From the human T2T-CHM13v2.0 reference genome, Homo sapiens, in the NCBI RefSeq assembly GCF_009914755.1, contig NC_060929.1: a stretch of 64,000 nucleotides of DNA; one strand, 5' to 3'. This document shows, piece after piece, positions 52,740 to 64,000 of this stretch. Positions within the stretch are counted from its first letter, which is position 1. Each line of letters begins with the position of its first letter. The position numbers and the translations under genes were made by a program. Below the pieces are notes generated by a model that ran no database searches, was not told where the DNA came from, and worked only from the letters and a program-made list of their open reading frames with translations.

Positions 52740-53296
52740 ATTCACATGTGTGCAGCATAAATCAGACCATGTCACTCACCTTCAGTGCTTCCCACTGCAC
52801 TTATAACAACACACAGACTCCACATCTACATGGCTCACAACTCTGATGCTCAGCTCCGGAGAGCTCATGCCTCCTTCTCCACCACATTCCAGCCTGTCTT
52901 TTGAGTCCTCAAATATCCTGGAGCACACTCCGCTCCCTCTCCCCAGTGAAGTCTTCCCCTCACTGCTCCTGGCTGGCTTCTCCACCTTCAGGTCTTAGCT
53001 TAAATGTTACTGCCTAGGACAGAGCTTCTTTGACCAAATCATCATCTATGTGGGTTCCTGATAGCCCCTCCTCACCACACTGCTCTTTTTAATGTACCCC
53101 GTTCTCTCCTTTCATACTAGTGACCAGAAGCTGTAGTGGGAAATGAGCTTGTATGTTTACTGGATGGTTGATCTTTTGTCCCCGCTAGGCTATGAGTTCC
53201 TTGAGTCCTTGGATCATGTCCCTTTTTTCACTGGACACCCGCTGCTTAGCCCAGGAATGGGCACGTTATTACTGAATGAATGAATGAACAGATGAA
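52740..53296 (+). mobile_element. L2 3' end
   Basis: aaatcagaccatgtcactc, tctccaccttcaggtcttagcttaaatgttac, ctaggctatgagttccttgag, terminal (tgaa)n. Confidence 0.78.
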
Positions 53297-55315
53297 GACT
53301 TTATACTTTTCTGCAGAAGGACTGTCTAGAAGGACTACAGAAATCTGACCAGACAAGTAACTCAAAAAAGAGTACCTGAAGAAATTCAAATTTTAGGTTT
53401 TGTAGCATTTGAAATGTCAGAAAAGATGCTAACTCATCCTTGCATATACATAAATCAGGCCTCTCAGCCTGGGGAAGAAAAGCATTTAGCATAATACAAA
53501 TACATATCCTTTTGCAGGAAATACACAAACATTGTGTTGGGAGCAGTGACTAGGATGGCCTGAAGGAAGGAAGGAGGGCAGCCTGGCAATGGACTGCTGC
53601 TAGCTCAGTGAGAGGAGCACACAGCACAAAAGCCTGGAAGGAGAAGGAAGTGGAGTGATGGTGGGGAGAGTTTTACCCAGATGGGGAGGCCAAAGTTAGA
53701 CCAACTAATAAGGTCACTGACCTGCGGGAGAAACAGAGAAGCTGGGTAGAAAGTGGGATGCAGAACTGCAAGTCCTGCACAACACAAAATTGTGTTTGCA
53801 GCTGGTTAGGGGAAGAGGACAGAAAGGATTTGGGTGGAGATAAATAGAAACTGCAGTGATGAGCAAAATGCATGGTGGCATGAGGAGGTTGCAGTAAGCA
53901 TGTATGAGTAAGCAGCAGGAGTTCCTAATAAGTATGTGATCTTTGGAGTTTGAATGATTAGAAACTGTGATCAAGGTAATACCACAGTTATGCTAACTGT
54001 CCTATCCTATCAGCTAAGGTTCAAGGGGACCCACAAAGAATCACCATTTATAATAGATGTCCTACTAATTCCATGCGGTCCTGACACACCTTGAAAAACA
54101 GGCTAAGACTGAGCTGAGGGGGATGTTGAAAGAGGCAGCACTTTCAACAAATGTCCAGCTATTATATAGGTCATGTTATAACTGCAGGTGTGGAGCTTCT
54201 GCTCCAGAGACTGCTCCTATAAATGATTTTGTAAAACAGATTACACCTACTCTCTTGATTTTTCAACAATTCAGATTTTCATATACTGAGACTGCTTAAA
54301 GCAGAAGTCTTTTATGCCATTCTAAAGCAAGAAGATATGCTGGTCATTTTGCGTAGCCTTTTAGTTTTTAGGCATTTTTAAAATGCTTAAAAAATTAAAT
54401 ACCAACCCCCAAATAACTCAGTCAACTCAATTCTACTGACTCAAAAGGAAATGGTTTCAGATAAAGATGCCCACATGGCTTTTAGTTCAGCCAGTTCTTT
54501 CTAACTACAAGTAACATAATAATTTCCTTTGCATAGGAAAGTTCTTAGAATCATCAGTCATGAAAACAGATGTTGGGCACAGAGGTGAAGCAGCAGCCAG
54601 CATCAGTAAATTTGCCATTATTAACCGCCCACCGCCACCCTCAACCCCATTCCCACCCCCTGTTGGAATTGGATTAGCCTTCTGGTATTATTTTAAGAGT
54701 GATTGGAATTTAATTTTAGTTAGGAAGAACTGAGTCCATTGTTTACTTACAAACAAAAAAAAAAAGAATCCTCTCTCCAGCACTAGGATTCCTGCTTGGC
54801 TGGTTTTAAATAGATGAAGCTAACCAGATATTTACCATCAGCTTGGTGAAGAAAGAGACATTGTCCTGGGGAGCCCGAGTCATGGGAACTCAGTCCACAC
54901 AGTAACGCATTGCGAACTGTAAGTGGACTATGACCAATCAAAGTCTCACTGTACATTTCACGGAGGTGGGACCAAAAGAGGAAAGAACAAAATCCCCTAA
55001 GTGCCAGCATGTTGGGAATGCATCATTGCAATAAAATTGTGAAACTAATGCTGGCAGGCAAACAACAAAAAACAACAACTGCCACAAACTGCAATATGCT
55101 TATCAGGGTCTGACCAAGAAGAAAGGCCCCCGATCTTCCACAGAGGACACTGGCACCAGTCCCAGGTCCTGCAACTCTTGAATAGCTCCATGTGCCGTGT
55201 TCTCTTCAGGTACTGCATTGTCCGCGGGAGATGTTCTCAGCAGTCAAGGAACAGCTGCACAATGCAAGCAGCCTCTGAATGGTCGAAAAGCTTTTTATTC
55301 AGTCCCCGTGTGATT

Positions 55316-55319
<4 letters not shown>

Positions 55320-55347
<28 letters not shown>
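55320..55347. repeat. Poly-A run (28 nt); U28 in SEMA6A pre-mRNA
   Basis: Uninterrupted A28, not attached to a recognisable Alu or L1. Confidence 0.95.
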
Positions 55348-55349
<2 letters not shown>

Positions 55350-56347
55350 AAAACTGGTGTTCTTTTGTGCTGTACAAAGGCAGCACTTTGCTGACTCCAA
55401 GTTCAAGACTCATGGGCTATTAGGAGAGGAAAGATGGACATTGTATTAGCATGTGTGAAAAAAAGAATAGGCGTTCCTTTAAACCAAGTCCATAATAAGA
55501 GCAGCCTGGTATTTGGAACACCTACTTAGCTGGAAGCAGCTCCAACAGCAGTTAGAAGGTAAGTGTTCGCAACAGTTACACACACATGCACACATGCATG
55601 CACACATAGAGACCCACCAACAGGGAAACTGCAGCATGTGTTCATAATAAATACATTTCTTGAGAATAGGGCAGTAAAAGAAAATACAATCACAGAAAAG
55701 TTAGAACTGGGAAGGATGTGTGAACTAAGAGGCATGTGACCTTACTTTGTAAAGAAGCTGTTCTTCCAGAGAAGTTAAATGACTTACTCAAAGACACATG
55801 GATACTTCATCAGATCAAGTTCTTAACACCACTTAGGAAGGATGTCCTGGTGCTTCCTGCTCTGCACGTGAAGCAGTGTTGAGGGGTCTGTGGAGACCAG
55901 GTCAGGGGTTCTAGCATCAGTCTAATCTGAACTAGAACCCCTAGGATATATCAGTGCTAGGGGTTCAAGTCCAGGGTTTCCAGTTGCATGACCTAGAGAC
56001 AAATTCCTTTCTTCTTCAGAGTTTCAACAGATTTAACCCCCAAATGGAGATAAAGTAACTTGTGCCTTTACAGTTGCCACAAAGATTAATTGAACAAAGA
56101 GCCAACATTAAATAAATGTTGGTGACTACGCTTATTGCCATTAGGAGTAGCCATAAAGGTGGTATTTTCATCTTCTCAGAAATTTCAATACATTTAGAAA
56201 AAAAGAGAGAAAAGAAACAGGAAATACACAGAGAATAACCATATAAGTATGCAAGTAAGCATATGGGGAAAATACAGAGAATTAATATAGACAGGTGGCA
56301 CAAACAAAAAGTTTAACAGCTTCATCTGCTCCTAAAAACTTGGAACA

Positions 56348-56689
<342 letters not shown>

Positions 56690-58038
56690 TTACACATGAA
56701 TATTATGCCTCTGATCCATCTGTATGGGCTCATTGGTTTGAGTTTTTTTTGCAATGATAGGTATTTGTTGATCCTTTAAAAGCATTTTGTCTTCCTCAAA
56801 ACAATTTATTGCTGAATATTTAATTTCATATTTTTTTTATGAGCAGTGGGTGTCCTCAACTTGGACTGCCAGGACACAACACCACTTTCTGTCCTGAGAT
56901 GACAGACTCACGTGGAGCCACCTCAGTGTGCTGGGATAATGAATTATTTTCAGGTCCATGTTTTCCAAGGTACTTCTAGCCCTATTATTTTACATATGTC
57001 TTGAAGATCGTTCTGCTCAGAGGAACAGAATTTCAATTAGATGTGTTTTTGCCTTCAACAAAAGTTTGAAATTTTTTTATCTGTCCTTAAACTCATTATA
57101 CATTTGTTAGAATGTACTTCTTAGTAGCTACTCTTTGTGTACTTATATTAAATATACAAATAATACATGGCAACCTTCTAATGATAAAATAAATAAATAA
57201 AATAAACATTTTAGACAAAACTAAAGTCCTGCTTGACCATCACCTTGTCACCATCACCATCATCATCTTGAACCTTTCACCCTGCAATACCCCTGGCCTA
57301 TTCCACAACAGGGGCACCCTATTACCATGCTGTTTCCTATGTATTTTCTAGAGTTTTCTTTTCCTTCTTTGCCTTTGCTTGTTTGTTACAAATATCCTTT
57401 TTTTGTAAATAAATTATTGGAGTTGGCATATTTTTCACTGGAAGTAATTCATAGCAACTAAGAAAATATTTTCAATTGTGTGTTTGCAATCAAGCAAATT
57501 TTTCTCCATTATATAGAAGATAATTTCAGACATCTACACCCTATTCTTCTTATCTACCACAACCCAATGTCCCCAAAATGGCAGTGCTAGAGTTCAAGCC
57601 TAGACAATATTTATTTCTTTGGCCCTAGACAACTTTTCTCAACAGGCTTTTAGCTGTGACGATCTGGGCAAGCTTTATACGGTGGTCCTGCTTCCTAAAG
57701 TTGGAGGCAATCCTGGTTTGATTCTGTAATTTTTGTTTTTGTAGCTTTCCTTCTGAAGTATATGTCACATATTCCTAATTCTAAGGTTGCTAAAGATCTA
57801 TAGACTATTGAGTAGGCACATAATCTGACGTGCTATGAAAGCATTTTCCTTGTTTTGCAATCTGAGAACAAAACAAATCATTGATAGTCATGACTTGTAA
57901 GAATCCTCTTGCCTCTGCAGCTGTACTGGGCAGTGTGCAGAGCTTCCATCCTGCTTCTTAGGTTGTACTCCTGAGAAATGGCTCCCTAGATTCTAGTATG
58001 GTTAACTTGTCCTTCAGTGCAATACATTTTAATAATTC

Positions 58039-58071
<33 letters not shown>
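58039..58071. repeat. (TG)n microsatellite
   Basis: About 16 units. Confidence 0.95.
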
Positions 58072-58075
<4 letters not shown>

Positions 58076-60003
58076 TCTTTAATTTTACTCCTGTAATCCC
58101 CTTCAAATCACACTAAAATATACATAATAACTGATGGATTTCCTTCAACAACTTGATCTTCACCACTAGAATGGTTAAAACCATTTCCATCAGTGGTGGA
58201 AATTATTTTTCAGGATTTTTGCAGTTCAGATACTTTACATTTAATTATTATTTTACTTCTGGCCTGAACTTTTTGTTAACCTCTTGGTTTTTATATAAAA
58301 TTTTAATTATTTAAGTCATGAGTCATGCCAATTTTTCTTCCCAGTGTATCTTAAACTCACAGGAGATATAGAATGCATTTTGCTTTTGTCTGGTTAAAGT
58401 AAAGTTTTAGTTTATTGAGTAAATGTACTTGGGAATTTTCTCATCTCACTATTTTCTGTTCGTTTTCCTTTCATTGCAAGTTCTTTTTTTCTTATTTTCT
58501 TGCGCTAAACTGCATACGTTTTACAAAACCCCTTTTCTTCCACTGGTTGGTTATGTAAAAGATTGATCTTTATATGCTCAGTCTGATATTTTTTCCAAAA
58601 AATGTGATAGGATTCAAATACTCATTATTTTCAAGGCATGTAGTTACATATATAAAACAGTATATTTTAAATTGGGAAAAGTATGCATTATCATGCCTTT
58701 GATTCACAATCACTTCAAATACCACTTTAAAAGTAGATGAGTAAAAATTACGGTAAATGCAAACCAAACTAGGCTCTGCCATCAGTACAAACTTATGCTT
58801 GCACAGCATGGAGGCTGTTTTCTGTCCCCTGCCTGTATGTTGCTTCCACCATTTGGAGATCTCTATCCCTGGATAAACTCCTGCTTTAGGTGTTCACAAA
58901 AGATCCCTTGATTTCTGGCTATAGCTTCAGTTTCTGGCCATTCCTCCTGGGAAGGCCTGGTCCCTTTCATACTGTGAAGTCTAGAAGACATGAATCCCCC
59001 CATCATTCCCACATGTCACTTTCATCTCTACTAGAAACATATATGGCAAGATAGGGGCTGGGGGCAGAGTTTGGCCCCACATGTCCCTGTTTGCTTGTAA
59101 TCAAGCATCCCTCATATTTCCTATAGACTGATGTTGTGTATATGCATGTTAGATACCTATTTCAAGAGTGAGAGAGAGAGGGAAAAAAACTTGGCCCAAA
59201 CTATCTTTTTTCACTCCAGTGTCTTCCTTGGCAGTTTATTCTCATCTAACTGGCACCAATACCTGCCAACAACTTCTACTTCGGATCAGCATCTTCTGGC
59301 ACTTAAGATGGTAGTATATTTCTACATGGCTGAATGCAGACAGGAAAAAGTCTTGTGTAAATAATATATTCCATTAGCAATACTGAACTGATGTCAAAGT
59401 TCTCGATCCATCTCAAGACAACAGAATTCACAATCATGATAATATTAAGATGACAATGTAAGTGACTTACGGGGGATATTGTTCTGCCGCACTTGATACT
59501 ATTTGGAAGAAACTACAGGAGTCAAATCTACATCATGTCTTTTTCAGGCTGCAAATGCTTGATAACATTCATGTAGATCAGCGGTGATGGGTGTTGGGGT
59601 GGAGGGTAAACACAACAGTTGAATCACATGCTAGCCTGGCTACACAGAATGCTAATTGGTGATATCAACGTGTCCAGTGCATTCTAAATTCAAAGTATGG
59701 CAGATTCAAATTAACACCACACATCTTTATCTAAACCTACTGTGTCAGTTTTCAGAAACCCTAGAGGTAAGAGGGGTAAGAATCACCAAAATTCTTATTT
59801 ATTTTTTTCATGTTTACTAACATTCAATAACACTTGAAAGCAATGTTCTGAAAGGAAGCAACCACATACTAACATGACATAATAAAGTGTTAAACACTGT
59901 ACATGTTCCTATACTAAGAGGTCACTCACACAAGTTCATTCTGTCAGTACTAAGTTCGCATTATTGTCATTACAAGTTCAAAGACTAATTAATAGTTAGA
60001 GCA

Positions 60004-60392
<389 letters not shown>

Positions 60393-62735
60393 TTATTTAT
60401 CCAGTTATGAAGTCTCATGTGCAGAAGCACATGTCATATCTTGGCAAATACATTGGTAGTGCCCATTCATTTTCTTCTCCATGTTATCTAAGGACTCTGT
60501 CCCTGCTGCTGGGACAGTATCCTGGGGAACCATCAGGCATTTTGTCTCTTTGTATGCCCTCTTCATTTGAGATACAGAAATTGGTGTAGAATTTTTTTTA
60601 AGACTTTGCATAGGGAATCTCAGATAATTATTTCTTACATCCTTTACAGCTGTTACCTGCTAACCAAATCATGTGTCAGTCTGAGAATTGTGCACCAAAG
60701 TCTGCTACCATAACTGATCAATATTCTAGTGTTTATATAAGTTAGAATTCTGGACACTTCTTTGAAAAATAAAGTATCTTTTAAAGGACATTCAGCATTA
60801 CCGTTTTTCTTCTTCATTACTCTATTGCACTTTATTTCTTCCCATGAGATCCCTCCCCGACCTTTTACAGGCATATATCATTTTTAATACCCTTTTCTAA
60901 AGGACCCTCGCTGTCCCTTTGTCTTTCATTAATGGGGTCCAGAGAATATTTGTTTTCTTCCCTGTCATTTACTTTAGACTGCAGAGAATTTAAAAGCACC
61001 ATGGGCCATACATCTACTGCATCAAAGAAATGAAAACAAAATTTAGAAACCCAAAAAAGTCAAATATCACACTCTGCTAGGATTCTAAGAGAATCTGGAT
61101 TTCTTTGACAGTGAAGTTTGATCATTTGCAGAAAGTGGAGCACCGCAAAACCTGTGAGGGTTACCATTATCTTAAACCCTGGTCAAGCTAGTTTCTGCAT
61201 CACACTTAGAGAAACAGTAAGTGCCTGGGCTGAACAGCACAGTGCATAAGGAAGTGAGGGCAGCGGCTGTCTTCTGTTCAGGACTATTCTGTTTGCTTCA
61301 CTTCCCCGGCCTGGCAATCACTTCCTTTAATTCCAGAGGCTGCTACTTCAGCAGCACTTGAACCCTTTCTCTGATTTTTTTTGGGGGGTCATTTTGAAGA
61401 CAGCATCATTATTTTCCATTTGCAACACTGAGATTCTGTAAGTACATATATTTGAATACTCACAGAGCTCAAATAGCATATCATAAAGTTGAAGAATTTT
61501 TTTTCTTCTAAGCTCATAAAATAGTAGCTTTTCTCTTTCAAGAAGATGTCAATTTTATCTTTCAACTACTATGGGAGGGATGATTGGTTTTTCTGTGTTA
61601 TGACTATAACCGGATTCCTTGAAGACATAGAAGTGCTAACTTTCTACTTCACAACTAACTAAATTTTACTTAATGTTTTTGGAAAATTCTTACAAGGCGC
61701 TTGGGTCCAGTAAAACCTCCTCCCCTGCTCTCTCCTACCTGGCCTGTGAGCAAAGCAACCCAGTTCAGAAAAGGTTCTCTCCCACTTCAAACTTCACTAT
61801 GCTCACGTTTTCACGTTTTCCTATGTTCATGTTCACTGCAGATGTGTATTAAACTTCCATTTTTCTCTTGTTTAGTTTATACTGAAAATACTTTTTTCTT
61901 CTTAGAATAATTCTCACTACTCTGGAAACATAACTGGCTACATAGAAATACTGACTAATATAAAAACAATGCTTATCTCTAACATCTAGACCTGTCATCT
62001 TTTAGAATAAGGCCAAGAATTTCACCTTTTAATTCACAACGTGGTCAAGACTGATTAATACATGATGACTGTTTAATCTTCTCCAAAGGTTTACAATCCG
62101 ACTAGTTGCATGACCCTTCAGGGCTGTTTTAACACAGATTAGGTAGCAGAAATACCACTTCCACATGCTGACACAAGTTTGTGCTGGCAGAAGAAAAAGA
62201 AAAGTAAATGGGACAATATGATAAGGCAAGCAGATGTGTTTGGATAATGTGGTCAAGCCTCAGTGCTCCTGACCAAGTCTCCAATGTGGTTAAATTGATG
62301 CCAAAACTAGCACGTTTTACTTTTACAGTAGACTTTGCAGGCTCTCTCTTCTCTACTTCTCTGTTAAGTTCTTTAGTCTTCTGAACTGCTGTTAAAATAC
62401 ATTTGCAAGGTCTTTGCTTATATGACAGTAAATGTTCTCTGTGGCATTACTAATACAGATTAAATGCACCCTAGTAGAAAATAGGAAAAAAGAATTCTCT
62501 TTGGCCCCTAATGAAATAACTGGGGTACTTGAATTTGAAGGCTCACCTTCCAACCACTTCCACTATGGGTGGTCTTTCCTTGTCAAAGTTAGTGTCTAGG
62601 ATCACTGAGACATTTCCTTTCTGATCCACTTTCCTAAGGCTGGTGGATGCAGCACTGCTTGGATGCGGGGTCTACGGCATGGATGCAGTTTACAGAGGTC
62701 TCCTGAGGTCTCCCATCTGCCACACAGGATTGAGG

Positions 62736-63051
62736 TTTTTTGTTTGTTTGTTTGTTTTGGAGACATGGTCTTACTCTGTCACCTAGACTAGAGTGTAGTA
62801 TAGCATGATCATGGTTCACTGCAGCCTCGACATCCTGGGCTCAAGCAATCCTCCCACCTCAGCCTCCCGAGTAGCTGAGATGACAGGCATGTGCCACCAT
62901 GCCCAGCGAAATTTTTGAATATTTTTTTTTTTTAGAGATGGGGGTCTCATTATGTTGCCTAGGCTGGTCTCAAGTTCCTGGGCTCAAGTGATCCTCCCGT
63001 CTCAGCTTACCAAAGTGCTGGGATTACAGGCATGAGCCATTGTACCTGGCC
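62736..63051 (-). mobile_element. Full-length AluJ
   Basis: Reverse Alu with catgatcatggttcactgcagcctcgacatcctgggctcaagc, a J-type pattern. Confidence 0.95.
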
Positions 63052-63264
63052 AACTGAGATCATTATGTCAAAAAGTTGCAAGGACAAGAACAGATTTGTG
63101 ATTACTGTGATATCACCATTTCTAGTCAATGTTTCTCTAACTTGGTATTTATTGCCTTTAGACTTTGGCATAAAAGGTGAAGTGGCAGAGGATTTATCTG
63201 CAGCCTCACCCTCCACTGATAGAGGCAACTATGCCAGGGGGAAAACAGTTTATTTACATACCAC

Positions 63265-64000
<736 letters not shown>

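Noticed and set aside
55200-55347. Poly-A run as the tail of a retrocopy
   Set aside because: No plus-strand polyadenylation signal, recognisable element body or TSD.

Overview
Primate (most probably human) genomic DNA, lying entirely inside SEMA6A (semaphorin 6A), which is transcribed on the minus strand. Ten consecutive coding exons (23370 down to 872, c.1-1094) join in frame across GT-AG introns and encode the signal peptide and much of the Sema domain. I number them exons 2-11, assuming one non-coding first exon beyond the window. Positions 23409-64000 are part of a very long first intron. The rest is mostly repeats: Alu, L1, L2, MIR, MaLR, DNA transposons, two LTR10-like LTRs, microsatellites and a probable processed retrocopy of unidentified parent. 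I see no prokaryotic features, RNA genes, CRISPR arrays or any new multi-gene system. The best leads are fine-scale: a candidate 85-nt cryptic 5'UTR exon with two uORFs beside a (UG)n tract; a 39-bp templated insertion inside an LTR10, copied from 1.85 kb away; two AP-1-rich LTR10 copies; one target site used twice, with CpG decay dating the events; a MIR-derived recursive-splice-like site; and candidate antisense promoter and terminal-exon elements. Repeat subfamily names come from my memory of consensus sequences, and boundaries of old repeats are approximate.
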